This document shows, in pieces, positions 1 to 11,470 of a stretch of DNA of 64,000 nt. Within the stretch, counting starts at the first letter, position 1. Each line of letters begins with the position of its first letter. Made by a program: the position numbers and the translations under genes. The notes below the pieces were generated by a model. It worked only from the letters and a program-made list of their open reading frames with translations, did no database searches and was not told where the DNA came from. This stretch comes from Escherichia coli (GTDB taxonomy: Bacteria > Pseudomonadota > Gammaproteobacteria > Enterobacterales > Enterobacteriaceae): the NCBI RefSeq assembly GCF_013315695.1, contig NZ_CP054353.1; one strand, given 5' to 3'.

Positions 1-405
1 GTATTAAACCAGCTGGGTCAGGCATTAATTCCTGTAAAACGGGCCAGCCCAACATTGACTTTTACCGATATTAACCGCGTCAGCGAACTGCTCTCTGTTC
101 CCACGAAAGATGCCTCACGAGATAGCTTTCCCGGCGATCACGGTATGATGCTGCTTATTTTTTCGGCATTCATGTGGCGTTATTTCGGCAAAGTTGCAGG
201 CCTTATCGCCCTTATTATTTTTGTGGTTTTTGCATTTCCCAGAGTAATGATTGGCGCACACTGGTTTACTGACATCATTGTTGGTTCGATGACCGTGATA
301 TTGATCGGTTTGCCCTGGGTGTTGCTGACGCCATTAAGTGATCGATTAATCACCTTTTTTGACAAATCACTACCGGGAAAAAACAAACATTTCCAAAACA
401 AATAA
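1..405 (+). CDS. lpxT: Lipid A 1-diphosphate synthase LpxT (PAP2 family), 3' portion; 5' end lies upstream of the window
   Basis: Open frame from window edge to stop at 403-405; PAP2-type motif (SFPGDHG) and hydrophobic C-terminus; position immediately upstream of mepS as in K-12. Confidence 0.8.
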   Translation, partial: VLNQLGQALIPVKRASPTLTFTDINRVSELLSVPTKDASRDSFPGDHGMMLLIFSAFMWRYFGKVAGLIALIIFVVFAFPRVMIGAHWFTDIIVGSMTVILIGLPWVLLTPLSDRLITFFDKSLPGKNKHFQNK

Positions 406-816
406 CTCACAGTAATTAACATCATCAGGGTTATTTTTATAGTGAGGATAATCCTGATGATGCGCACCGTGCTTTCATCTATCGAACGCAAAAATCATTC
501 TCTAAGTAAATGAATGTATTGCATGCGTTTCACTCAATCGTACTTTAATTGACCAATCCCGCTTATTAACTTTCTGTATCACTTTTTCTTATAAAAAATC
601 ATGTAAAACCGCTCGCCAAGACCGCACCAATCGGGTAATCTCGAACTCGTTTTGCCTCGGCGGTAGATTATCCTCACAGCATATAATTTTGTGCGTTAGT
701 CCACAGATTTGGCCTTAAGGAATTGTTTCAACATGCCCAGGTAATTAGTCTCGTGTCGCTTGGCATTTTTTTATAACGATATTTGTCGTTAAGGACTTCA
801 AGGGAAAACAAACAAC

Positions 817-1383
817 ATGGTCAAATCTCAACCGATTTTGAGATATATCTTGCGCGGGATCCCCGCGATTGCAGTAGCGGTTCTGCTTTCTGCATGTAGT
901 GCAAATAACACCGCAAAGAATATGCATCCTGAGACACGTGCAGTGGGTAGTGAAACATCATCACTGCAAGCTTCTCAGGATGAATTTGAAAACCTGGTTC
1001 GTAATGTCGACGTAAAATCGCGAATTATGGATCAGTATGCTGACTGGAAAGGCGTACGCTATCGTCTGGGCGGCAGCACTAAAAAAGGCATCGATTGTTC
1101 TGGTTTCGTACAGCGTACATTCCGTGAGCAATTTGGCTTAGAACTTCCGCGTTCGACTTATGAACAGCAGGAAATGGGTAAATCTGTTTCCCGCAGTAAT
1201 TTGCGTACGGGTGATTTAGTTCTGTTCCGTGCCGGTTCAACGGGACGCCATGTCGGTATTTATATCGGCAACAACCAGTTTGTCCATGCTTCCACCAGCA
1301 GTGGCGTTATTATTTCCAGCATGAATGAACCATACTGGAAGAAGCGTTACAACGAAGCACGCCGGGTTCTCAGCCGCAGCTAA
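817..1383 (+). CDS. mepS: Murein DD-endopeptidase MepS (Spr), NlpC/P60 lipoprotein
   Basis: 188-aa ORF with lipoprotein signal (LSAC) and NlpC/P60 Cys-His catalytic region (GIDCSGFV ... HVGIY); length matches Spr. Confidence 0.93.
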
Positions 1384-1430
1384 TAAACCGTTTGGATGCA
1401 ATCCCTTGGCTATCCTGACGAGTTAACTGA

Positions 1431-1460
1431 AAGCACTGCTTAGGCAGTGCTTTTTTGTTT
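1431..1460 (+). terminator. Rho-independent terminator downstream of mepS
   Basis: Hairpin aagcactgct-tagg-cagtgctt followed by T-run tttttgtttt. Confidence 0.7.
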
Positions 1461-1563
1461 TCATTCATCAGAGAAAATGATGTTTCCGCGTCTTGATCCA
1501 GGCTATAGTCCGGTCATTGTTATCTTTTAAATGTTGTCGTAATTTCAGGAAATTAACGGAATC

Positions 1564-3120
1564 ATGTTCATACGCGCTCCCAATTCTGGACGTAAGCTCC
1601 TGCTTACCTGCATTGTTGCAGGCGTGATGATTGCGATACTGGTGAGCTGCCTTCAGTTTTTAGTGGCCTGGCATAAGCACGAAGTCAAATACGACACACT
1701 GATTACCGACGTACAAAAGTATCTCGATACCTATTTTGCCGACCTGAAATCCACTACTGACCGGCTCCAGCCGCTGACCTTAGATACCTGCCAGCAGGCT
1801 AACCCCGAACTGACCGCTCGCGCGGCGTTTAGCATGAATGTCCGTACGTTTGTGCTGGTGAAAGATAAAAAAACATTCTGTTCATCTGCGACTGGTGAGA
1901 TGGACATTCCACTAAAAGAATTGATTCCGGCGCTCGACATTAATAAAAACGTCGATATGGCGATCTTACCCGGCACGCCGATGGTGCCGAACAAACCCGC
2001 AATCGTCATCTGGTATCGCAACCCTTTGCTGAAAAATAGCGGCGTCTTTGCCGCTCTGAATCTCAATCTGACGCCTTCACTCTTCTATAGCTCACGGCAG
2101 GAAGATTACGATGGTGTCGCCCTCATTATTGGTAATACTGCTCTATCTACCTTTTCGTCACGTTTGATGAATGTTAATGAATTAACCGACATGCCGGTCC
2201 GTGAAACTAAAATTGCGGGCATTCCTCTGACCGTTCGGCTTTATGCGGATGACTGGACATGGAACGATGTGTGGTACGCATTTTTACTGGGTGGCATGAG
2301 TGGAACTTTCGTTGGACTTCTCTGCTATTACCTGATGAGTGTGCGTATGCGCCCAGGCAGAGAAATCATGACCGCCATCAAGCGCGAACAATTTTACGTG
2401 GTATATCAACCGGTGGTTGATACACAAGCTTTGCGGGTAACGGGCCTGGAAGTACTGCTACGCTGGCGGCATCCAGTAGCAGGAGAAATCCCCCCGGATG
2501 CCTTCATTAACTTTGCCGAAGCGCAAAAGATGATTGTGCCACTGACTCAGCACCTGTTTGAGTTGATTGCCCACGATGCCGCAGAATTAGAAAAAGTACT
2601 GCCGGTAGGCGTCAAATTTGGCATTAACATTGCGCCGGCCCACTTGCACAGCGAAAGCTTTAAAGCGGATATCCAGAAACTGCTCACTTCCCTGCCCGCA
2701 CACCATTTCCAGATTGTGCTGGAAATTACCGAGCGCGATATGCTGAAAGAGCGAGAAGCCACACAACTCTTCGCCTGGCTGCATTCGGTCGGCGTAGAAA
2801 TTGCTATTGATGACTTCGGCACCGGGCACAGCGCGCTTATCTATCTTGAGCGTTTTACGCTCGATTATCTGAAAATTGATCGTGGATTTATCAACGCCAT
2901 CGGTACGGAAACGATCACTTCACCCGTACTTGACGCGGTGCTGACGCTGGCGAAACGTCTCAATATGCTGACAGTTGCTGAAGGGGTCGAAACGCCAGAA
3001 CAGGCACGATGGCTAAGCGAACGCGGCGTTAATTTCATGCAAGGCTACTGGATTAGTCGCCCGTTACCGCTGGACGATTTTGTTCGCTGGCTGAAGAAAC
3101 CGTATACGCCGCAGTGGTAA
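1564..3120 (+). CDS. pdeN: Cyclic-di-GMP phosphodiesterase PdeN (Rtn), CSS-motif sensor plus EAL domain
   Basis: 518-aa ORF, N-terminal TM segment, C-terminal EAL domain motifs (EVLLRW, DDFGTG); matches Rtn length and position. Confidence 0.88.
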   Translation: MFIRAPNSGRKLLLTCIVAGVMIAILVSCLQFLVAWHKHEVKYDTLITDVQKYLDTYFADLKSTTDRLQPLTLDTCQQANPELTARAAFSMNVRTFVLVKDKKTFCSSATGEMDIPLKELIPALDINKNVDMAILPGTPMVPNKPAIVIWYRNPLLKNSGVFAALNLNLTPSLFYSSRQEDYDGVALIIGNTALSTFSSRLMNVNELTDMPVRETKIAGIPLTVRLYADDWTWNDVWYAFLLGGMSGTFVGLLCYYLMSVRMRPGREIMTAIKREQFYVVYQPVVDTQALRVTGLEVLLRWRHPVAGEIPPDAFINFAEAQKMIVPLTQHLFELIAHDAAELEKVLPVGVKFGINIAPAHLHSESFKADIQKLLTSLPAHHFQIVLEITERDMLKEREATQLFAWLHSVGVEIAIDDFGTGHSALIYLERFTLDYLKIDRGFINAIGTETITSPVLDAVLTLAKRLNMLTVAEGVETPEQARWLSERGVNFMQGYWISRPLPLDDFVRWLKKPYTPQW

Positions 3121-3201
3121 GGTGTGCTTACGTCCCTTATTATTCATAGTGAAAGCATGCCGGATTGCGGCTAATGATGAGTAAAAGGAAATCCGTTGCA
3201 G

Positions 3202-5016
3202 ATGATTGTGCGCATACTGCTGCTGTTTATCGCTCTGTTCACCTTTGGTGCGCAGGCGCAGGCTATCAAGGAAAGCTATGCCTTTGCCGTACTGGGCGAA
3301 CCCCGGTACGCATTTAATTTCAACCATTTTGATTATGTGAACCCCGCCGCGCCAAAAGGTGGGCAAATAACGTTGTCTGCCCTCGGCACCTTCGATAATT
3401 TCAACCGCTATGCACTGCGCGGCAATCCGGGCGCACGCACCGAGCAGCTGTACGACACGCTATTTACGACTTCCGATGACGAACCAGGCAGTTATTACCC
3501 GCTGATTGCTGAAAGCGCACGCTATGCTGACGATTATTCCTGGGTGGAAGTCGCTATTAATCCACGCGCCCGTTTTCATGATGGTTCGCCCATTACTGCC
3601 CGCGATGTAGAGTTTACTTTTCAAAAATTTATGACCGAAGGCGTGCCGCAATTTCGTCTGGTCTACAAAGGCACCACCGTCAAAGCCATTGCGCCGTTAA
3701 CCGTGCGCATTGAGTTAGCTAAACCCGGCAAAGAAGATATGTTGAGTCTGTTTTCGCTGCCGGTCTTTCCAGAAAAGTACTGGAAAGATCACAAACTTAG
3801 CGACCCGCTCGCCACGCCTCCGCTTGCCAGTGGTCCGTACCGCATTACGTCCTGGAAAATGGGGCAAAATATTGTCTATTCCCGCGTGAAAGATTACTGG
3901 GCAGCAAACTTACCGGTAAACCGTGGACGCTGGAATTTCGACACCATTCGCTACGATTATTACCTCGATGATAATGTCGCCTTTGAAGCGTTTAAAGCAG
4001 GTGCCTTTGATTTGCGTATGGAAAACGACGCCAAAAACTGGGCCACGCGCTATACCGGTAAAAATTTCGATAAAAAATACATCATCAAAGATGAGCAAAA
4101 GAACGAATCAGCCCAGGATACGCGCTGGCTGGCGTTTAATATCCAACGTCCGGTATTCAGCGATCGCCGGGTGCGGGAAGCGATCACTCTCGCCTTTGAC
4201 TTTGAATGGATGAACAAAGCGTTGTTTTACAATGCCTGGAGTCGCACGAACAGTTATTTTCAGAATACCGAATACGCGGCCAGAAATTACCCCGACGCCG
4301 CGGAGCTGGTGCTTCTGGCACCAATGAAAAAAGATCTACCGCCAGAAGTCTTCACGCAAATCTACCAGCCGCCGGTATCCAAAGGCGATGGCTACGATCG
4401 TGACAACCTGTTAAAAGCCGACAAACTTCTCAACGAAGCAGGCTGGGTGCTTAAGGGTCAGCAACGCGTTAATGCCACAACGGGTCAGCCACTCAGCTTT
4501 GAATTATTGCTTCCCGCAAGCAGCAATAGTCAGTGGGTATTGCCGTTCCAGCACAGCCTGCAACGGCTGGGTATCAACATGGACATTCGCAAAGTGGATA
4601 ACTCGCAAATCACCAACCGCATGCGCAGTCGCGACTATGACATGATGCCGCGCGTATGGCGGGCGATGCCGTGGCCCAGTTCCGATTTACAGATTTCCTG
4701 GTCATCGGAATATATCAATTCCACTTATAATGCCCCCGGCGTGCAAAGCCCGGTTATCGACTCTCTGATCAATCAAATTATTGCCGCGCAGGGAAATAAA
4801 GAAAAATTACTGCCGTTAGGGCGAGCACTGGATCGCGTATTAACGTGGAATTATTACATGCTGCCAATGTGGTACATGGCGGAAGACCGTCTCGCCTGGT
4901 GGGATAAATTCTCCCAACCCGCTGTACGCCCTGTTTACAGTTTGGGTATCGATACCTGGTGGTATGACGTTAATAAAGCGGCCAAACTGCCGTCAGCCAG
5001 ACAACAGGGAGAGTAG
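3202..5016 (+). CDS. yejA: Periplasmic oligopeptide/microcin C binding protein of the YejABEF ABC importer
   Basis: 604-aa product from the second in-frame Met (MIVRILLLF...), signal peptide, family 5 solute-binding protein features; first gene of yejABEF. Confidence 0.9.
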   Translation: MIVRILLLFIALFTFGAQAQAIKESYAFAVLGEPRYAFNFNHFDYVNPAAPKGGQITLSALGTFDNFNRYALRGNPGARTEQLYDTLFTTSDDEPGSYYPLIAESARYADDYSWVEVAINPRARFHDGSPITARDVEFTFQKFMTEGVPQFRLVYKGTTVKAIAPLTVRIELAKPGKEDMLSLFSLPVFPEKYWKDHKLSDPLATPPLASGPYRITSWKMGQNIVYSRVKDYWAANLPVNRGRWNFDTIRYDYYLDDNVAFEAFKAGAFDLRMENDAKNWATRYTGKNFDKKYIIKDEQKNESAQDTRWLAFNIQRPVFSDRRVREAITLAFDFEWMNKALFYNAWSRTNSYFQNTEYAARNYPDAAELVLLAPMKKDLPPEVFTQIYQPPVSKGDGYDRDNLLKADKLLNEAGWVLKGQQRVNATTGQPLSFELLLPASSNSQWVLPFQHSLQRLGINMDIRKVDNSQITNRMRSRDYDMMPRVWRAMPWPSSDLQISWSSEYINSTYNAPGVQSPVIDSLINQIIAAQGNKEKLLPLGRALDRVLTWNYYMLPMWYMAEDRLAWWDKFSQPAVRPVYSLGIDTWWYDVNKAAKLPSARQQGE

Positions 5017-6111
5017 ATGGGCGCTTATCTGATTCGCCGTCTGTTGCTGGTGATCCCAACGTTATGGGCGATTATCACTATCAACTTTTTCATCGTGCAA
5101 ATTGCGCCTGGCGGTCCGGTCGACCAGGCCATCGCCGCCATTGAGTTTGGTAATACTGGTGTATTACCCGGTGCAGGCGGTGAAGGTGTTCGCGCTAGCC
5201 ATGCACAAACGGGCGTCGGTAATATCAGCGACAGTAATTACCGTGGCGGACGCGGATTAGATCCAGAAGTGATCGCCGAGATCACTCATCGCTACGGTTT
5301 CGATAAGCCGATCCACGAACGTTACTTCAAAATGCTCTGGGACTACATCCGTTTTGATTTTGGCGACAGCCTTTTTCGCAGCGCCTCGGTGCTGACGCTG
5401 ATTAAAGACAGTCTGCCGGTCTCCATCACCCTCGGATTGTGGAGCACGCTGATTATCTATCTGGTGTCGATTCCGTTAGGCATTCGCAAAGCTGTTTATA
5501 ATGGGAGCCGTTTTGACGTCTGGAGTAGTGCATTTATCATCATCGGCTACGCCATTCCGGCCTTTTTGTTTGCCATCCTGCTGATTGTCTTCTTCGCGGG
5601 CGGCAGCTATTTCGACCTGTTCCCTCTGCGCGGCCTGGTTTCCGCTAACTTTGATTCGCTGCCGTGGTATCAGAAAATCACCGATTATCTGTGGCATATC
5701 ACGCTGCCGGTGCTGGCGACTGTGATTGGTGGCTTTGCAGCGCTGACCATGCTGACAAAAAACTCATTCCTTGATGAAGTGCGTAAGCAATACGTGGTGA
5801 CGGCACGTGCGAAAGGGGTAAGTGAAAAAAATATTCTCTGGAAACATGTGTTCCGCAACGCCATGCTGCTGGTGATTGCCGGTTTTCCGGCGACGTTTAT
5901 CAGCATGTTTTTTACCGGCTCGCTGCTGATTGAGGTGATGTTTTCACTCAATGGTCTTGGCTTACTGGGCTACGAAGCGACCGTCTCGCGCGATTATCCT
6001 GTAATGTTTGGTACCTTGTATATTTTCACCCTGATTGGCCTGCTGCTGAATATTGTCAGTGATATCAGCTATACGCTGGTCGATCCGCGTATAGATTTTG
6101 AGGGACGCTAA
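5017..6111 (+). CDS. yejB: ABC transporter permease YejB
   Basis: 364-aa multi-TM ORF starting directly after the yejA stop; permease signature region. Confidence 0.9.
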   Translation: MGAYLIRRLLLVIPTLWAIITINFFIVQIAPGGPVDQAIAAIEFGNTGVLPGAGGEGVRASHAQTGVGNISDSNYRGGRGLDPEVIAEITHRYGFDKPIHERYFKMLWDYIRFDFGDSLFRSASVLTLIKDSLPVSITLGLWSTLIIYLVSIPLGIRKAVYNGSRFDVWSSAFIIIGYAIPAFLFAILLIVFFAGGSYFDLFPLRGLVSANFDSLPWYQKITDYLWHITLPVLATVIGGFAALTMLTKNSFLDEVRKQYVVTARAKGVSEKNILWKHVFRNAMLLVIAGFPATFISMFFTGSLLIEVMFSLNGLGLLGYEATVSRDYPVMFGTLYIFTLIGLLLNIVSDISYTLVDPRIDFEGR

Positions 6112-7135
6112 TGCCGCGACTCAGCCCCGTCAATCAGGCCCGTTGGGCGCGTTTTCGCCATAACCGTCGCGGCTACTGGTCGTTATGGATTTTCCTCGTC
6201 TTGTTTGGTTTGAGTTTGTGTTCTGAACTTATCGCCAACGATAAACCGTTGCTGGTACGTTATGACGGCAGTTGGTATTTCCCGTTGTTGAAAAACTACA
6301 GCGAAAGCGATTTTGGTGGCCCGCTGGCAAGTCAGGCTGATTATCAGGACCCGTGGCTGAAACAACGGCTGAAAATAACGGCTGGGTACTGTGGGCACCG
6401 ATTCGCTTTGGTGCTACCAGTATCAACTTTGCTACCGATAAGCCCTTCCCTGCTCCACCCTCCCGGCAAAACTGGCTGGGAACGGATGCCAATGGCGGCG
6501 ATGTGCTGGCGCGCATTCTCTATGGCACGCGGATCTCAGTTCTGTTTGGCCTGATGCTGACCCTCTGCTCCAGCGTGATGGGCGTGTTGGCGGGGGCGCT
6601 ACAAGGCTATTACGGCGGTAAAGTCGATCTCTGGGGGCAACGTTTTATTGAAGTATGGTCGGGGATGCCGACGCTGTTTTTGATTATTTTACTTTCCAGC
6701 GTCGTACAGCCTAACTTCTGGTGGCTGTTGGCAATTACGGTCTTGTTTGGCTGGATGAGTCTGGTCGGCGTGGTGCGGGCGGAGTTTTTACGTACCCGTA
6801 ATTTCGACTACATCCGTGCGGCGCAGGCGCTTGGCGTCAGCGATCGCAGTATCATCCTGCGTCATATGTTGCCAAATGCCATGGTCGCTACCCTCACCTT
6901 TTTACCGTTTATTTTATGTAGTTCGATAACCACCCTGACCTCACTCGATTTCCTCGGCTTCGGTCTGCCGCTCGGTTCACCGTCACTCGGCGAACTGCTG
7001 TTACAAGGGAAAAATAACCTTCAGGCCCCGTGGCTTGGGATCACCGCCTTCTTGTCGGTGGCGATATTGTTGTCTTTGCTGATCTTTATTGGTGAAGCCG
7101 TCCGCGACGCATTTGATCCTAATAAGGCGGTGTAG
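6111..7135 (+). pseudogene. yejE: ABC transporter permease YejE, disrupted by an apparent 1-bp deletion (frameshift) near 6372-6377
   Basis: Two overlapping ORFs in different frames (6111..6554 and 6353..7135). The first carries the N-terminus then a junk tail; the second carries the permease body from ENNGWVLWAPIRF. 87 + 254 codons = 341 aa, the expected YejE length. Confidence 0.75.
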
Positions 7136-7136
7136 C

Positions 7137-8726
7137 ATGACGCAAACTCTGTTAGCGATTGAAAATTTGTCGGTGGGTTTTCGCCATCAGCAAACCGTAC
7201 GTACAGTAGTCAATGATGTTTCACTTCAGATTGAGGCTGGCGAAACGCTGGCGCTGGTGGGTGAGTCAGGTTCAGGCAAAAGCGTTACCGCGCTGTCAAT
7301 TTTACGCGTGCTCCCTTCCCCGCCGGTTGAATATCTCTCCGGCGATATTCGTTTTCATGGCGAATCGCTGTTTCATGCCAGCGATCAAACGTTGCGCGGT
7401 GTACGCGGTAATAAGATCGCCATGATTTTTCAGGAGCCGATGGTGTCATTAAATCCATTGCATACCTTGGAAAAACAGCTTTATGAAGTGCTTTCACTCC
7501 ACCGCGGGATGCGTCGGGAAGCTGCTCGTGGCGAAATTCTTAACTGCCTTGATCGCGTCGGTATCCGCCAGGCGGCAAAACGGCTGACAGATTATCCGCA
7601 TCAGCTCTCCGGCGGCGAACGCCAGCGGGTGATGATTGCGATGGCGCTGTTAACGCGACCGGAATTATTAATTGCCGATGAACCGACCACCGCGCTGGAC
7701 GTCTCTGTCCAGGCGCAGATTTTACAGCTATTGCGCGAACTGCAAGGCGAGCTGAATATGGGCATGCTGTTTATTACTCATAACCTCAGCATTGTCAGAA
7801 AACTGGCCCACCGCGTGGCGGTAATGCAAAACGGTCGCTGTGTCGAGCAAAATAACGCTGCTACGCTATTTGCCTCACCCACTCATCCTTACACACAAAA
7901 GCTACTCAATAGTGAACCGTCAGGCGATCCAGTGCCGTTGCCAGAACCTGCCTCAACGTTGCTGGATGTTGAACAGCTTCAGGTTGCCTTCCCCATTCGC
8001 AAAGGGATTTTGAAGCGCATTGTGGATCATAATGTGGTGGTGAAAAACATCAGTTTTACGCTACGAGCGGGTGAAACACTGGGTTTAGTGGGCGAGTCCG
8101 GTTCCGGGAAAAGCACGACGGGACTGGCGCTGCTGCGACTGATTAATTCTCAGGGCAGCATCATCTTTGACGGTCAGCCACTGCAAAATTTAAATCGTCG
8201 CCAGCTGTTACCTATTCGTCATCGCATTCAGGTGGTATTTCAGGATCCAAACTCCTCGCTCAACCCACGACTCAACGTTTTGCAGATTATTGAGGAAGGC
8301 TTACGGGTTCACCAGCCGACGCTTTCTGCCGCACAACGCGAACAACAAGTGATAGCCGTGATGCATGAAGTGGGATTAGATCCTGAAACACGCCACCGTT
8401 ATCCGGCGGAGTTCTCTGGTGGTCAGCGGCAACGTATTGCGATTGCCAGGGCATTAATTCTTAAGCCCTCGCTGATCATACTCGATGAACCGACATCATC
8501 ACTCGACAAAACGGTACAGGCGCAAATATTGACGCTATTGAAATCATTGCAACAAAAGCATCAACTGGCCTATTTGTTTATCAGCCACGATTTGCACGTT
8601 GTCCGCGCGTTATGTCATCAGGTTATCGTACTGCGACAAGGGGAAGTAGTGGAACAAGGACCGTGCGCGCGCGTGTTTGCCGCACCGCAGCAGGAGTATA
8701 CGCGTCAGCTACTGGCGTTGAGCTGA
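7137..8726 (+). CDS. yejF: ABC transporter ATP-binding protein YejF (duplicated ATPase domains)
   Basis: 529-aa product from [11 protein letters not shown]; two Walker A motifs (GESGSGKS twice), two LSGG signature motifs; the ORF-track start at 7089 is an upstream extension. Confidence 0.92.
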   Translation: MTQTLLAIENLSVGFRHQQTVRTVVNDVSLQIEAGETLALVGESGSGKSVTALSILRVLPSPPVEYLSGDIRFHGESLFHASDQTLRGVRGNKIAMIFQEPMVSLNPLHTLEKQLYEVLSLHRGMRREAARGEILNCLDRVGIRQAAKRLTDYPHQLSGGERQRVMIAMALLTRPELLIADEPTTALDVSVQAQILQLLRELQGELNMGMLFITHNLSIVRKLAHRVAVMQNGRCVEQNNAATLFASPTHPYTQKLLNSEPSGDPVPLPEPASTLLDVEQLQVAFPIRKGILKRIVDHNVVVKNISFTLRAGETLGLVGESGSGKSTTGLALLRLINSQGSIIFDGQPLQNLNRRQLLPIRHRIQVVFQDPNSSLNPRLNVLQIIEEGLRVHQPTLSAAQREQQVIAVMHEVGLDPETRHRYPAEFSGGQRQRIAIARALILKPSLIILDEPTSSLDKTVQAQILTLLKSLQQKHQLAYLFISHDLHVVRALCHQVIVLRQGEVVEQGPCARVFAAPQQEYTRQLLALS

Positions 8727-8729
8727 CGC

Positions 8730-9074
8730 TTAAAAAGGATTGTAGTTTGAGAAGGGTTCGGCAATTGCCACACCAAAATTTTTCAATCGGCATGTTGCAG
8801 CAAACTCGTCCTGGCGATTTACAAACAGGCACGGCTCACCTTCACACTCCAGTACCGAGCATGGAACTTCGATGTCGCTTAACGCCTGGCTGAGTTTGTA
8901 CATCACCGACCATGCATTATCACCATCCGGGCTAAGCAATTTAAGCGCCACCAGGCTGTTGTCACCGCACGGTCCATTTTGCGGAATCGGTTCAACCTTC
9001 GAACCTGCGAAACCAGCAGACCAGCGATAGTTCTGCGGCAGTCGATGGACGATTGAGAGTTGTAATGAAGTCAC
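8730..9074 (-). CDS. yejG: Uncharacterized protein YejG
   Basis: 114-aa ORF convergent with yejF, stop codons 3 bp apart; size and position match K-12 yejG. Confidence 0.8.
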
Positions 9075-9407
9075 TTATTTTCCCCGGAAGCATATTTTAA
9101 TTCACAATTTGTTTACATCAATTTTAACACATCATCAACAATCCGTCTTTATACAGATCGTAAAGATTGATGCCTCGCCTGCGTGGCCTCTATGGCTCTG
9201 ATTTAAATAATATCTGCGGGCGTGGTCACGTTTGCGGGGCTATATGTACCCGTTTCTGCGATCTAACTCAACCTTTTTAACTACAATGATGTGACTTTTT
9301 ACATAAATTGATTTTACATAAAATAAACATATATCGGGGGAATGATGGATTTGTGGTTGACATGCATCAACAAAGGAAGCCTTTTAGCTTCCTCGTTGTG
9401 CAATAGA

Positions 9408-10598
9408 TCACCGTTTTTTCGGCCGACTGGCGTACAGACAGAAGAGAATGGAGCTGGTTGCGCAGAATGCAATTGACCAAATCATCGGCCATGCAGAGTT
9501 AAAGGTCGCAAGAGAAAGTAATGCGCCAACAATTGCCCCTATGCCGAAACGGAAGGTTCCTGCCAGCGAAGATGCCGTTCCCGCCATATGGGGAAACTCA
9601 TCAAGAATGACCGCCATCGCATTGGATGACACCATCGACACGCAGCCCACAAACGCCGCAACGCCAACCACCAGCGACCAGAACCCCAGGCCCAGCAGCG
9701 CACTGATGACCATCCACGCCGCCATAATAAACTGTATCCACAACCCCGAGCGGAACATATTTAACGCGCCAATGCGGCGAACGAAGCGGCTGTTAAAGAT
9801 AGTCATCACGAACAGAAAAACAATGTTTAGCGCAAAGTAATAACCAAAGTTTTCCGGCGCGACGTGGTTGATTTCAATGTAGACAAACGGTCCAGCGCTT
9901 AAGAATGAGAACATCCCGGCAAAGCTGAAACCGCTGGCCAGCATATAACTCAGGACACGCTTATGACGGAACAGCGCCGCAAAGTTACCAATAGTGGTAC
10001 GAATGTGAAAAGGCTGGCGACGCTCCGGTGGTAAGGTTTCTTTGATCAGAAAGAAGATCATTGTCGAAGCCAGAATCGCCGCCACGGCGAGGATCCAGAA
10101 GATGTAATGCCAGCTCAGCCACACCAGCACCCAGCCGCCAACTATCGGTGCCATCAGCGGTGCAATGGTCGTCACCAGCATGACAAACGACATCATTCGC
10201 GAGAACTCTTCTTTCGGGTAGATATCACGCATCAAAGCGTTGATAACCACGCTGGCCGCAGCCGCAGCCAGCCCGTGGAAGAAACGCATCACAATCAGCT
10301 GATCGATGGTTTGTGCCAACGCACACGCCACCGCGGCGGCGGCAAACACCAGCGTACCGCCAAGAACCACCGGCTTACGCCCGAAGCTGTCTGCCATCGG
10401 CCCGTAGATTAACTGCCCCAACGCAAAGCCCAGAATATAAGTACTGAGGGTCATCTGCGTACTGCCCGCCGGTACACCAAACTGCGCTGAAATTACCGGT
10501 AGCGCAGGCAGATACATATCAATCGACAGCGGCATCAACATGGCCAGCAGGCCAAGGATAAAAACAATAGCAAACGACGAATGCTGTCGGGTGGTCAC
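9408..10598 (-). CDS. bcr: MFS multidrug efflux pump Bcr (bicyclomycin/sulfonamide resistance)
   Basis: 396-aa 12-TM MFS ORF; length and synteny with rsuA match Bcr. Confidence 0.92.
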   Translation of the reverse strand: MTTRQHSSFAIVFILGLLAMLMPLSIDMYLPALPVISAQFGVPAGSTQMTLSTYILGFALGQLIYGPMADSFGRKPVVLGGTLVFAAAAVACALAQTIDQLIVMRFFHGLAAAAASVVINALMRDIYPKEEFSRMMSFVMLVTTIAPLMAPIVGGWVLVWLSWHYIFWILAVAAILASTMIFFLIKETLPPERRQPFHIRTTIGNFAALFRHKRVLSYMLASGFSFAGMFSFLSAGPFVYIEINHVAPENFGYYFALNIVFLFVMTIFNSRFVRRIGALNMFRSGLWIQFIMAAWMVISALLGLGFWSLVVGVAAFVGCVSMVSSNAMAVILDEFPHMAGTASSLAGTFRFGIGAIVGALLSLATFNSAWPMIWSIAFCATSSILFCLYASRPKKR

Positions 10599-10625
10599 AA
10601 CGGGCTCCTGAAAGTCATTGAAAAG

Positions 10626-11321
10626 TTAGACGACGCTGGCAATTTCTTCTTCAGTTAACGGACGATATTCACCGGGGGCTAAATCAGCATCTAGCGTAAT
10701 GCCGCCAATACGTTCACGATGCAGCTCAACCACATGGTTACCCACGGCGGCGAACATGCGTTTCACCTGATGATAACGCCCTTCGCTGATGGTCAGACGA
10801 ACCTGCGTTGGGGTAATCACTTCCAGCACCGCCGGCTTAGTGAGATCTTTTTCGTTATGCAGCTGCACGCCTTTAGCAAATTGCTCTGCCGTATCGTCAG
10901 CTACGGGTGATTCCAGCGTCACCAGATAGGTCTTCTCGCAATGATGGCGCGGAGAAGTAATGCGGTGCGACCACTGACCATCATCAGTCATTAGTACCAG
11001 ACCGGTGGTATCGATATCCAGCCGCCCTGCAGCGTGCAGTTTCCACGCTACCGGTTCATCAAGAAAATAGAGCACCGTTGGGTGATCCGGGTCGTCCGTG
11101 GAGCAAACATAGCCCTGAGGCTTATTGAGCATGAAGTAACGTGGACCGTGTTGCTGCGCCAGCGGGTTGCCATCGTAAGCGACATCATGTTCAGGGAGCA
11201 GTTTGAACGCTGCATTACGGACGATTTCGCCATCGACGGTGACACGATTGCCGCGGATTTCACGCCCGGCAATAGCACGGCTAACGCCGAGTTGCTGTGC
11301 GATAAATTTATCAAGTCGCAT
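10626..11321 (-). CDS. rsuA: 16S rRNA pseudouridine516 synthase RsuA
   Basis: 231-aa product from [16 protein letters not shown] (S4-like domain) with pseudouridine synthase core; ORF-track start at 11417 is an upstream extension. Confidence 0.9.
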
Positions 11322-11470
11322 GTGTGTGATTTTGCCTGTAAAAAACGGAGGTCGGGTAATGACCCGAAAATCTGAACTGTTGTCTGCCCAGTATAGCGGT
11401 CTAATAACATCCCTCAAGGGAAAAAGATCCGTGGCATACTATTAGCAGAATAATCTACCTATGCGAGACC

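Noticed and set aside
7089-7136. An N-terminal extension of yejF from Met at 7089, and similar extended starts for rsuA, rplY, narP, ccmC, napB, eco, rcsB, yejA and atoS
   Set aside because: The extended starts overlap the upstream gene or lack a ribosome-binding site, while the internal Met gives the expected protein length and a conserved N-terminus.
9290-9330. A direct repeat tttacataaa...tttacataaaat between yejG and bcr, considered as a possible regulatory repeat or small array
   Set aside because: Only two short AT-rich copies are present. This is more simply an AT-rich yejG promoter / bcr 3' region; there is no evidence for a structured RNA or repeat array.
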